Of a stretch of 64,000 nucleotides of DNA, positions 18,245 through 27,377 are shown piece by piece. The stretch is from Planctomycetota bacterium (GTDB lineage: Bacteria > Planctomycetota > UBA1135 > UBA2386). The notes under the pieces are model-generated. The model had not been told where the DNA came from, searched no databases, and saw only the letters and a program-made list of their open reading frames with translations. The translations under genes and the position numbers were made by a program. The stretch covers positions 5,600,001 to 5,664,000 of the forward strand of contig OZ245006.1 of assembly GCA_965223545.1 (NCBI GenBank), in the 5' to 3' direction. How positions within the stretch are numbered: position 1 is the stretch's first letter; every line of letters starts with the position of its first letter.

Positions 18245-19398
18245 TGGACTTCAGCCTCGACGCAGACCAGAAGCTGCTGCGCGATGAGATCGTCGAGTTC
18301 TGTCGCAAGGAGCTGAACGCGGGTGTCGAGGAGCGCGACGCGGCGCAGGAGTTCCGGCGCGACTTGTGGCTCAAGTGTGGAGACATGGGGCTGACGGGGT
18401 TGCCCGTGCCGCGCGAGTACGGCGGCGTCGGCCTGGACCCGCTGAGCACGGCGATCGCGCTCGAGGCCTTTGGCTACGGCTGTCGGGACGGCGGGCTGGT
18501 GTTCTCGGTCTGTGCGCACCTCCTGGCTTGCGTGGTGCCGCTTTGGAAACACGGCAGCGAGGAGCTCAAGCAGCGCTACCTGCCGGCCCTGGCCAGTGGG
18601 CGGAGCATCGCGGTCAACGCGATGACCGAGCCCGGCAGTGGTTCGGATGCGTTCGCGATGCGGACAAAGGCCGTGCTCGACGGGGATCACTACCGCGTGC
18701 AGGGCACCAAGACCTTCAGCTCGAACGGTCCGGTTTCCGATCTGGCGGTGCTCTACGCCGTCACCGACCCGGACAAGGGCTACCACGGCGGCACATCGGC
18801 GTTCGTCGTCGAGCGCGGCGACGGCGGCTATCAGCCCGGTCAGAAGTTCGTCAAGATGGGGCTGCGCACGGCGCCGATCGGCGAGCTGGTGTTCGACGAC
18901 GCGCGCGTGCCGGCGGCCAACATGATCGGCGGAGCCGGGGCTGGCGGCGTGATCTTCCAGCAGTCGATGGAGTGGGAGCGGATCTGTCTGGTGGCAGCGC
19001 ACGTCGGCGCGATGCAGCGGTTGCTCGAGTCCGCCGTCGAGTACGCACGCACACGCACCGCCTACGGCCAACCGATCGGCAAGTTCCAAGCGGTGGCGCA
19101 CCGCATCGTCGACATGAAGGTGCGGTTGGAGGCCGCCCGGCTGATGGTCTACAAGGCGGCCGCCCGCCTGGACCAGCGCGGTGCGCGTGACATCGGGATG
19201 GATGCGTCGGTCACCAAGCTGTTCGTCAGCGAGGCGCTGGTCCAATCGGCGCTGGACGCCGTGCGCGTGCTCGGGGGCTACGGCTTCATGGCGGAGTACG
19301 AGGTCGAGCGCGTGTTGCGCGACTCGGTGGGCGGGCTGCTCTACTCGGGCACGTCCGACATCCAGCGCAACATCGTGGCCGGCTGGCTGGGTCTGTAG
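18244..19398 (+). CDS. Acyl-CoA dehydrogenase family, probable L-prolyl-[PCP] dehydrogenase (PltE/RedW-like)
   Basis: AHLLAC, TEPGSGSD, KMGLR, MEWER, FQAVAHRIVDM, GGYG, YSGTSDIQRNI; coupled to carrier and A-domain genes. Confidence 0.85.
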   Translation: MDFSLDADQKLLRDEIVEFCRKELNAGVEERDAAQEFRRDLWLKCGDMGLTGLPVPREYGGVGLDPLSTAIALEAFGYGCRDGGLVFSVCAHLLACVVPLWKHGSEELKQRYLPALASGRSIAVNAMTEPGSGSDAFAMRTKAVLDGDHYRVQGTKTFSSNGPVSDLAVLYAVTDPDKGYHGGTSAFVVERGDGGYQPGQKFVKMGLRTAPIGELVFDDARVPAANMIGGAGAGGVIFQQSMEWERICLVAAHVGAMQRLLESAVEYARTRTAYGQPIGKFQAVAHRIVDMKVRLEAARLMVYKAAARLDQRGARDIGMDASVTKLFVSEALVQSALDAVRVLGGYGFMAEYEVERVLRDSVGGLLYSGTSDIQRNIVAGWLGL

Positions 19399-19463
19399 CG
19401 AGCCTGCCCCGCGATCGGCGAATTTCTTGTCTTCGTCGCGGCGCATTCGTATCACGCCGCATC

Positions 19464-20081
19464 ATGAAGCGAATCCTCACCCCGTTCTTCTTGGCCCCGC
19501 TGCTCTGGTCGGCGGTTGCCGATCAGCGAGTCGAAGCCGTCGAGCACTCGGCTCAGCCAACTCGCCTCGAGCCCGGTAGCTTCAAGGTCGACACCACACA
19601 CTCGGCCTGCATCTTCCGCGTCAAGCATGCCGGCGCGGCGTTCTTCTACGGGCGGTTCAACCACGTCGAGGGTGAGCTGGCGCTCGACGAGGACGACTTG
19701 GCCACCGCCGAGGTCACGATTCGCGTCAAGGCCGATAGTGTCGACACCGCGGTCGAGGGGCGCGACAAGCATGTGCGGAGCCCCGACTTCTTGGACGCGG
19801 CCCAGTTTCCATGGATCACGTTCAAGGGCGAGGAGTTCGAACGCGCCGGCGACAACGCGTTCACGGTGCGCGGCCAGCTGGAGTTGCGCGGCGTGAGCAA
19901 GCCGATCGAGATGCGCGTCGAGCACACCGGCACCGGTGAGTTCCGCGGCTCGACGCGGGTGGGCTACGAGACCACGTTCGCGATCAAGCGCAGCGAGTTC
20001 GGTTCGAACTACGGCATCGAAGCGGGCGCCCTCGGCGACGAGGTGCGGCTGACGTTCGGCTTGGAGATGATCAAGCAGTGA
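19464..20081 (+). CDS. YceI-family lipid/polyisoprenoid-binding protein
   Basis: Signal peptide; VDTTHS..IFRVKH, GRFN, SVDT...RDKHVRSPDFLD...FP.ITF, IKRSEFG. Confidence 0.95.
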   Translation: MKRILTPFFLAPLLWSAVADQRVEAVEHSAQPTRLEPGSFKVDTTHSACIFRVKHAGAAFFYGRFNHVEGELALDEDDLATAEVTIRVKADSVDTAVEGRDKHVRSPDFLDAAQFPWITFKGEEFERAGDNAFTVRGQLELRGVSKPIEMRVEHTGTGEFRGSTRVGYETTFAIKRSEFGSNYGIEAGALGDEVRLTFGLEMIKQ

Positions 20082-20923
20082 TCGCCGACGCATTCCTGCA
20101 ACAGCTGCTGCTCGGCCTGGCGCCGCCGGTCGCAGCCGCGGCGGGAGTGCTTGGGGTCGCGGTGGTCTGGGACCGCGGGCGCCGTGCCTGCGGGGACGGC
20201 GCGGCCGCGCTGGCGCTCGCCACGAGCTTGCTGGCGGGGTTGGTCGCCCTCGACGCTTGGCCTCGGTTGCCGCCGGCGAGTGGCACTCAAGCGGCGGTCG
20301 TGGCGGTCGTGGCGGCGTCGCTCGTCGCGGCCGCCGACGGTTGGCGGCGGTGGCCGCGCGGTGTGTGGGCGGTCGTAGTCGTTCTGCTCGCCGCCCTCGG
20401 CAGCGTGCTCGTCTTGATGCGCGTGCTGTCCCACTGGACCGTGCCGCGGCTCTCGGGGTACGTCGCAGCGGGCGTCGTGCTGACCGGCGCGGCGGCGTTG
20501 GCGTGGCGGGCCGCCGCGCGGCGGGCGCCGGTGTTGGTGGCCACCCACGTCGCGGCAGTCGCCGCCGGCAGCGGTGCGGTGCTGAGCTCGGGCAGCGCGC
20601 TGCTCGGTCAGCTCGCCGGCGCGCTGGCGGCCGGTGCCGCGGTCGTGGCGCTGGCGTCGCTGTGGCTGCCCGCGGCGCGACCGCGCCGCGGCGCGACCGT
20701 GGTGGCGGCGCTGGCCGTGGCGCTGCTAGCGGTGTGTGGCGTCGCGTTTGCCGACGTCGAGATCGCTGCCGTGGCCTGGCTGGGCGTGGCTCCGCTGGCT
20801 GCGCTGGCCGTGCGCCCGCTGCGCGCGCCGGTCGTTCGATGGCTGGTGGTGCTCGGTGTCACGGGTGGTTTTCTGTCGATGGCGGTCGCGACCGCGCCGC
20901 AGAACCCCTATGCGGGATACTGA
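20078..20923 (+). CDS. Hypothetical integral membrane protein
   Basis: About 9-10 hydrophobic segments; GTGA overlap with yceI; ends NPYAGY. Confidence 0.7.
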   Translation: MIADAFLQQLLLGLAPPVAAAAGVLGVAVVWDRGRRACGDGAAALALATSLLAGLVALDAWPRLPPASGTQAAVVAVVAASLVAAADGWRRWPRGVWAVVVVLLAALGSVLVLMRVLSHWTVPRLSGYVAAGVVLTGAAALAWRAAARRAPVLVATHVAAVAAGSGAVLSSGSALLGQLAGALAAGAAVVALASLWLPAARPRRGATVVAALAVALLAVCGVAFADVEIAAVAWLGVAPLAALAVRPLRAPVVRWLVVLGVTGGFLSMAVATAPQNPYAGY

Positions 20924-20928
20924 GCCCG

Positions 20929-23751
20929 ATGCCCGTGCGCTGTGTCTTGGTTCTGCTCGCTGCCGCGGGGGTCCTGCGTGGTCAGACCACCGTCCCCCCC
21001 GACTGGGCGCTGCGCCCGCTTCCCGCCCACGTCTCGGTGCCGCCGGTATCGGACGCGTGGATCACCAACGAGATCGACGCGTTCGTCTTGGCGCGGGCCC
21101 GCGCGGCGGGGCTCGAGCCGTCGCCGGTCGCCGACCGGCGTACCTTGCTGCGTCGCTTGTCCTACGACCTGACGGGGTTGCCGCCGACCACGGCGGAGCT
21201 GGCGGCGTTCGACGCCCACGATGCTGACGATGCTGACCGGGCGTTCGACGCGGCCGTCGAGCGGCTGTTGGCATCGCCTCGCTACGGCGAACGCATGGCG
21301 ACGCCCTGGCTCGATGCCGCGCGCTACGCCGACACGCTGGGCTACCAGGCCGACCGCGAGCAGCGGGTCTGGCCCTGGCGCGACTGGGTGGTGGCGGCGT
21401 TCAACCAGAATCTGCCCTACGATGACTTCCTGACCTGGCAGCTCGCCGGCGACCTGCTGCCGGATGCCACCCGCGCGCAGCGACTCGCGACCACCTTCCA
21501 ACGGCTGCACCGGCAGACCGAGGAGGGCGGCACCGTCGAGGAGGAGTTTCGCGTCGAGTACGGCGCCGATCGAGTCGACACGTTCGGCACGGCCATGCTC
21601 GGCTTGACGGTGGGTTGCGCACGGTGTCACGACCACAAGCACGATCCGATCAGTGCGCGCGACTACTACGGCCTGTGGGCGATGTTCGCCAACATCGACG
21701 AATCGGGACAGACGAGTCACTTCACCGACGCAGTGCCGGTGCCGGCGCTGGCTTTGCCGACCGCGGACGACACGCGGGCCATGGCGGGGTTGGCGCGGCG
21801 CGTGGCCGATGCCGAGATGGGACTGCGCCTGGCGCGCGCGGCTGTGCCGGCGACCGGCGCGCTGGCGCCGCCGCTCGTGGATGCGGTGGCGCACTATCCG
21901 CTGGAATCGGTCGGCGGAGAGGGCGCGTTGGCGAACCGCGTCGCCGGCGGTCGCGGCGGGGTGGCGGTCGACGGCCCGGAGCCGATCGATGGCGTGCGGG
22001 GACGCGGTCTGCGGCTCGACGGCGAGAACGGGCTCGAGTTCGAGGGCGTGGGCAGCGCACACAGCGCGCAGCCGTTCTCGGTGGCGATCTCGCTGTTGCT
22101 ACCGCATGTCTACGACCGTGCGGTCGTGATCCACAAGAGCAGGGCGGCGTTGGACGCCGGCAGCCGCGGCTGGCAGCTCTTGATCGAGGACGGCGCACTG
22201 GTCGCGGTCTTGGCGCACATGTGGCCGCACGACGCGGCGGCGGTGCGCGCGCGGCGACCGTTGCCGCTCGGTCGTTGGGTGTCGGTGGCGATGACCCATG
22301 ACGGCTCGCGGCGCGCCGGTGGTGTCCGCCTGTTCGTCGACGGGCTGCCGGTGGCGACCGATGTCATCCGCGACGGTCTGCGCGGCGATCTCGTGTACGA
22401 GCGCGGCGGCGAGCCTCCGATGGTGGTCGGGCAGCGGTTTCGCGACCGCGGTCTGGCCGGTGGTGGGGTCGACGAGATCTGGTGGTTCGCGCGGCAGCTG
22501 TCGGCGCTCGAGGTGCTCGAGCTGGCGCGGCCGGGCGCATTCGCCGCGGCGGTCGCCGGTGCCCCCGATCTCCGCCATTCGCTCGCCGAGCACCGGCGTC
22601 ACAGCGATGCGGGCGTGCGCCGCCTGCGCCAGGTGGTGTTCGAGGCGCGTGATGCCCACCGCCAGCGGCTGGCGGCCGTGCCGCAGATCATGACCATGGT
22701 GGAGATGCCGCGGCGCCGCCCGGCGTTCGTCCTGCAGCGCGGTGCGTACGACGCGCCGGGCGAAGCGGTCGAGCCGAGCACACCTGCCGTGCTGCCGCCG
22801 TTCGGCGCGCGCCGCCGCGATCGCCTGGGGCTGGCGCAGTGGTTGGTGCAGCCGGATCACCCGCTCACCGCGCGCGTCGCCGTCAATCGTTTCTGGCATG
22901 TCTTGATGGGCCGCGGTTTGGTGGAGACGGTCGAGGACTTCGGCAGCCAAGGCGCGCGGCCGACGCACCCCGCGCTGCTGGACTGGCTGGCGCGTCGCTT
23001 CGTCGACTCGGGGTGGGACGTCAAGGCGCTGGTCCGTGACATCGTGCGGTCATCGACCTACCGGCAGGCCAGTGGTGGCGGCGCGCCGTCCGCCACGCGC
23101 TGGTGGATTGGCGCGGCCGAGCATCGCTGGCCGGCGGAAATGCTGCGCGACGCCGCGCTGGCGGCGGCTGGCCTGCTGGTGGAAAGGGTCGGTGGGCCTC
23201 CGGTCAAGCCGTACCAGCCGGACGGGCTGTGGAGGGAGAAGTCGGGAGCGCGCTATGTGCCCGACGACGGCGAGGGGCTCTACCGGCGCAGCCTCTACAC
23301 GTACTTCAAACGGACTTCTCCGCCGCCGTCGATGATCTTGTTCGACGCTGCCCGGCGGTTGACTTGTCAGGTCCGGCGGCCGGTGACCACGACTCCCCTG
23401 CAGGCGTTGGTGTTGTGGAACGACCCACAGTGGGTCGAAGCGGCCCGCTGCACGGCCGAGGCGGCGTTCGCAGGCGTTCCGGAGAGCGGTCCGGCGGGCG
23501 ATCGAGCGCGGTTGGCGGCCGTTTTCGAGGCTCTCCTGGGGCGCGCCCCCAACCTGGCCGAGCAACCCGTGCTCGCGGCGATGCTGGCGGAACAACGGCA
23601 GGCCTTCGCGGCGGAGCCGGCATCGGCCGAGGCGTGGGTGGCGGTCGGCAGTCGGCCGGTGGCCGCGGTGGCGAGCGCGGTCGAGATCGCGGCGCTCGGG
23701 ATCGTGGTCAGTGGGCTGCACTGCCACGATGGGTTCTTGCGCCGGCGTTGA
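20929..23751 (+). CDS. Planctomycete DUF1549/DUF1553 (PSD1) protein with central LamG-like domain
   Basis: [87 protein letters not shown]. Confidence 0.93.
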   Translation: MPVRCVLVLLAAAGVLRGQTTVPPDWALRPLPAHVSVPPVSDAWITNEIDAFVLARARAAGLEPSPVADRRTLLRRLSYDLTGLPPTTAELAAFDAHDADDADRAFDAAVERLLASPRYGERMATPWLDAARYADTLGYQADREQRVWPWRDWVVAAFNQNLPYDDFLTWQLAGDLLPDATRAQRLATTFQRLHRQTEEGGTVEEEFRVEYGADRVDTFGTAMLGLTVGCARCHDHKHDPISARDYYGLWAMFANIDESGQTSHFTDAVPVPALALPTADDTRAMAGLARRVADAEMGLRLARAAVPATGALAPPLVDAVAHYPLESVGGEGALANRVAGGRGGVAVDGPEPIDGVRGRGLRLDGENGLEFEGVGSAHSAQPFSVAISLLLPHVYDRAVVIHKSRAALDAGSRGWQLLIEDGALVAVLAHMWPHDAAAVRARRPLPLGRWVSVAMTHDGSRRAGGVRLFVDGLPVATDVIRDGLRGDLVYERGGEPPMVVGQRFRDRGLAGGGVDEIWWFARQLSALEVLELARPGAFAAAVAGAPDLRHSLAEHRRHSDAGVRRLRQVVFEARDAHRQRLAAVPQIMTMVEMPRRRPAFVLQRGAYDAPGEAVEPSTPAVLPPFGARRRDRLGLAQWLVQPDHPLTARVAVNRFWHVLMGRGLVETVEDFGSQGARPTHPALLDWLARRFVDSGWDVKALVRDIVRSSTYRQASGGGAPSATRWWIGAAEHRWPAEMLRDAALAAAGLLVERVGGPPVKPYQPDGLWREKSGARYVPDDGEGLYRRSLYTYFKRTSPPPSMILFDAARRLTCQVRRPVTTTPLQALVLWNDPQWVEAARCTAEAAFAGVPESGPAGDRARLAAVFEALLGRAPNLAEQPVLAAMLAEQRQAFAAEPASAEAWVAVGSRPVAAVASAVEIAALGIVVSGLHCHDGFLRRR

Positions 23752-23779
23752 GCGGCGTGGATACCAGTCGGTCGACCCG

Positions 23780-24937
23780 ATGCTCTCGACCACACAGCCT
23801 TTGCCCGTTCGGACGGCGGTGTCCGCTGGCTGCCTGATCTGGATCTGCAGCGCGGCGTGCGTCGGACCGGCTCCGCACGGACTTCCGATCGTCGACCTCT
23901 GTCGCGACAACGTCTGCGCGATTCCCGTCGACCGCGAGCACGGTCAGTATCTCGGTCACCCATCGACCGTGTTGCTCGAAGATGGCCGCACGCTGTTGGC
24001 GGTCTACCCCAAGGGGCACGGCACCGGGGCTCTGGTCCTGAAGCGGTCGGACGACGGCGGGCTGACGTGGTCGGCGCGGCTGCCCACGCCGCCATCATGG
24101 GAGGGTTCCATCGCGGCGCCTTCGCTGCATCGCATCGTCGCGCCGGATGGTACGCGGCGCCTGTTGCTGTTCACTGGTTCGCATCCCATTCGCAGCTCGG
24201 TCTCGACGGACGATGGTGCGTCGTGGACCGAGTTGGAGCCCATCGGTGACTTCGGCGGAATCATGACCATGGCCTCGGTCGAGCAGCTCGCCGACGGCAC
24301 GGCGATGGCGTTGTTCCACGACGACGGCCGGTTCATCGGACCGGTCGATGCCAGCGATCCCGCGGCGCTCCAGTTCGTGGTCTACAAGACCATCAGCCGC
24401 GATGGCGGCCTGACCTGGAGTCCGCCCGTGGCCATCGTGCACCAGCCGCCGCTCCATCTGTGCGAGCCGGGCCTGGTCCGCTCGCCGGACGGCCGGCGGA
24501 TGGCGCTGCTGTTGCGCGAGAACAGCCGGCGCGCCAACTCGCACATCGTCTTTTCCGACGACGAGGGGGTGACCTGGAGTGCGCCGCGCGCGCTGCCGAC
24601 GGCGTTGACGGGAGATCGGCACCAGGCGGTGTACGCCGCCGACGGCCGCCTGGTGGTCGCGTTCCGCGACATGGCGCGCTACAGCCGCACCTACGGCGAT
24701 TGGTGCGCGTGGGTCGGTACCTGGGACGACCTGGTGCGCGGCGCCGAGGGGCAGTATCGGTTGCGTCTGCTGCGCAACTACAAGGACGTCGACTGCGGCT
24801 ATCCCGGGCTACAACGCCTGGCGGACGGAACCCTGGTCGCGGTGTCGTACGGACATTGGCATCCGGGCGACGCGCCTTCGATCGCCTGCGTGCGGTTCAC
24901 GCTCGCGGTGATCGACGACCGAAGCCAAGCCCGCTAG
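23780..24937 (+). CDS. BNR/Asp-box sialidase-like glycoside hydrolase
   Basis: Asp boxes SDDGGLTWS, STDDGASWT, SRDGGLTWS, SDDEGVTWS; CEP, GDRH, DCGYP; start uncertain. Confidence 0.88.
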   Translation: MLSTTQPLPVRTAVSAGCLIWICSAACVGPAPHGLPIVDLCRDNVCAIPVDREHGQYLGHPSTVLLEDGRTLLAVYPKGHGTGALVLKRSDDGGLTWSARLPTPPSWEGSIAAPSLHRIVAPDGTRRLLLFTGSHPIRSSVSTDDGASWTELEPIGDFGGIMTMASVEQLADGTAMALFHDDGRFIGPVDASDPAALQFVVYKTISRDGGLTWSPPVAIVHQPPLHLCEPGLVRSPDGRRMALLLRENSRRANSHIVFSDDEGVTWSAPRALPTALTGDRHQAVYAADGRLVVAFRDMARYSRTYGDWCAWVGTWDDLVRGAEGQYRLRLLRNYKDVDCGYPGLQRLADGTLVAVSYGHWHPGDAPSIACVRFTLAVIDDRSQAR

Positions 24938-25158
24938 TCCTCGAGCGAGCGCGCCTCGGCCGGCCCGATGCCGCTGCCTACGCAGTGCGGCACCGTCTCA
25001 TCACTCACCTTGGGCCGACCAGCCCCCTCCCGAGCCCCACCCCACTGCCGAAACGGCAGCTCGCCCTGCACCACCCCACGGCGCCGTCCACCGCGCCCCG
25101 ATCGAACTGCCTTGCTCGTTATTTGAATTAGCGGCCTTACTAATGAGGGAGTCCGCAT
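24934..25158 (-). pseudogene. Possible N-terminal remnant of a Y1 (RAYT/IS200-like) transposase
   Basis: QGELPFRQWGGAREGAGRPK...VPH resembles the basic N-terminal leader I associate with such transposases; no HUH catalytic core follows; locally lower GC. Confidence 0.4.
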
Positions 25159-25244
25159 GCAAGAATCCGAAAGGGAATCCGCGAAAGCGGCCGGCGATTC
25201 ACATGTAACCCGGCTCCCACCACCTCCAGCTCCAGAGCTGAAGG

Positions 25245-25330
25245 CTCGCCTCAGCACCATCACCGCCGACAGCGGTCCAAGACGAGGCACGGGGTGCGAC
25301 CGCTGCCGACGGTGACGGAGCTGAGGCGAG
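25245..25330 (-). repeat. 33-bp imperfect inverted repeat (long hairpin)
   Basis: Arms 25245-25277 and 25298-25330, 20-nt loop, 4 mismatches of which 3 become G-U pairs on the minus strand. Confidence 0.85.
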
Positions 25331-25539
25331 TGCGCATCATTCCGCGGCGAACCGCGCGATCTTGAATACGCGACCTTCCATCCAGCGGCGCAGCCACGCA
25401 ACACGACCGACTTGACCGGGTTCCCCTGCGCTCTTTGTGTTCAGGGAGCCCGAGTGCTTCGGGAGGGGCAGCGATGTCGGCGCCAACTTCGGACTCGCCG
25501 CCCGCATCGCCCGCGTCCGGCTGTCGCCCATGGGCGGGA

Positions 25540-27246
25540 CTAGCGGGAAGATCGAGCCGGACTCCGTACTTCCGCGACGGCCCAGTCGGCGGTGCGGAGT
25601 AGCGCGAACGCCTCTTCGCGGATGGCGATGTCGGCCGGTGGCGTCGCGGGGCCGTGGTTGCGGAAGTGGCGTATCAAGCGCCGTGCGGTGCCGCGGGGAT
25701 CCAGCCCGAGCTTTCTGCCGATGGCTTGTAGGCCGGTCGCCAAACGCCCCAGCACCGGGTGGCGCCGCCGGAGCGCGCGGCCGTGCAGCTGGTCCAGGCC
25801 CCAGGCGATGTGGTTGTGCAGGGCGGCGTCGGACATGCCGGAGAGATTGATCACGCGGTCGCTGATGTCGCGGTCGGCGAGCTCCATCAACCAAGCTTCC
25901 TCGTCTTCGATCAGGCCCCGGTCGCGGGCGATGTCGTACAGCTCGGTGCCCGGGTACGGGCAGGGAATCGAGAAGCCCGCGTGCTCGAAGCCGAGCGCAT
26001 CGAGGGCCTCGACGTTGGCGCGCATCGATGCGCGGCCGTCGGTCTCGTAGCCGAACAGGAGCTGCGCCGACGAAATCTCGAATCCGGCCTGCCGCGCCAG
26101 TCGGAGGGCGCGGACGATTTGCTCCGCCTTCTGTCCCTTGCGCATCGCCTTCAGCGTGGGGTCGTAGAAGGATTCGATGCCGATGCCGATGCTGCAGAAG
26201 CCGGCGCGGCGCATGACGTCGAGCAGTGGCTCGTCGATGAGGTTGGCCCGCAGGCCATTGATCGTGCCGAACACGTAGCGCCGGTCCTCGGCGATGACCC
26301 GTTCGCAGAACGCGCGCACCCAGTCCTTGTCGATGTTGAAGATCTCGTCGCCGAATACGAAGTGCGCCGTGGAGTAGCGCTCGGCCAAGAGATCGATGTG
26401 GGCGAGTGTGTGCTCGACCGACGTCGGTACGACCTTGCGGCCGAAGTTGCGGTAGCAGAAGTTGCAGGCAAACGGGCAGCCCCGCTTGGCGAACAGCATC
26501 ACCGGTCGACGGGCTCGCTCGGGGTCGATGCCGGCCTCGGCGACGCGCTCCGCCACTCGTCCCACCAGTGGGTACTTGTGGGCCGCGGTGTTCGCGATGT
26601 AGGGCTCGAGATCGACCAAGTGGTATGCCGGGTACGGCAGGTCCTCGATGTTGGCCATGCGCGGCCGGCCGGCGGTCTCGATGACGGTGGCGGAGTCGTC
26701 CAAGTAGCAGATGCCGGGGATCGCCGACAAGTCGGAGCCTTCGAGCAGGCGCTGGATCAACTCGACGATCACCGGTTCGCCTTCACCCACGCAGGCCACG
26801 TCGATACCAGTGCGCTCCAAGATCGTGCGCGGTGAAGCCGAACACGCGCTGCCGCCGCCGATCACCGGCACGTCCGGGTAAGCGCGCTTGAGCGCCAGCG
26901 ACAGCAGCTTCATGTAGTAGTAGACCGTCGTCATGCCGCCGATGCCGATGACGTCGAAGCGGCGTGTGCCGATCTCGGCCATCACCTCGTCGAAGGGCAG
27001 TCGGAGCAGATTGAGGTCGAGGATCTCGACCGTTGCGCCTGCGTGCTCGAGAACGGCCGCGATCGACATCAGGCCGAACGGCGGATACAGCGGCGGGGAC
27101 GAGACGCGCACCGGTGGGTAGACCAGCAGCACGCGACGGTCCTGCAGGGGTGCGCCGCCGCCGACCTCGAAGTCGGCGGTCTGCAGCTGCATCAGGTGGG
27201 CGGCGCGCGCGTCGGGGCGGGGGGGAGCTTCAGAGCTGCTTGCCAT
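25540..27246 (-). CDS. Cobalamin-binding radical SAM protein (class B methyltransferase-like)
   Basis: PPFGLMSIAAVL, VIGGG, CVGEGE B12-domain motifs; KRGCPFACNFC; GIGIES; PYPGTELY; start uncertain (27192-27285). Confidence 0.93.
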   Translation of the reverse strand: MASSSEAPPRPDARAAHLMQLQTADFEVGGGAPLQDRRVLLVYPPVRVSSPPLYPPFGLMSIAAVLEHAGATVEILDLNLLRLPFDEVMAEIGTRRFDVIGIGGMTTVYYYMKLLSLALKRAYPDVPVIGGGSACSASPRTILERTGIDVACVGEGEPVIVELIQRLLEGSDLSAIPGICYLDDSATVIETAGRPRMANIEDLPYPAYHLVDLEPYIANTAAHKYPLVGRVAERVAEAGIDPERARRPVMLFAKRGCPFACNFCYRNFGRKVVPTSVEHTLAHIDLLAERYSTAHFVFGDEIFNIDKDWVRAFCERVIAEDRRYVFGTINGLRANLIDEPLLDVMRRAGFCSIGIGIESFYDPTLKAMRKGQKAEQIVRALRLARQAGFEISSAQLLFGYETDGRASMRANVEALDALGFEHAGFSIPCPYPGTELYDIARDRGLIEDEEAWLMELADRDISDRVINLSGMSDAALHNHIAWGLDQLHGRALRRRHPVLGRLATGLQAIGRKLGLDPRGTARRLIRHFRNHGPATPPADIAIREEAFALLRTADWAVAEVRSPARSSR

Positions 27247-27377
27247 GAGGCCGGTAGCGTCGGGGAATCGGAGCGGCTGCTGCATCGTTCGACACTTCGG
27301 GCGTCGAACTTGAGCGCATCCGTCGCAGGGCGGCCGGGGTGTTGCCGATAACCCCATGTGGGGTACGGGTCAGAACG

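Noticed and set aside
16458..19398. dlt (D-alanylation) operon
   Set aside because: Specificity residues fit proline, a dehydrogenase is coupled, and no DltB-type MBOAT is present
25135..25210. Hammerhead ribozyme (CTAATGAG...CCGAAA)
   Set aside because: Core deviates from CUGAUGA, and stems II/III and the cleavage triplet cannot be formed convincingly
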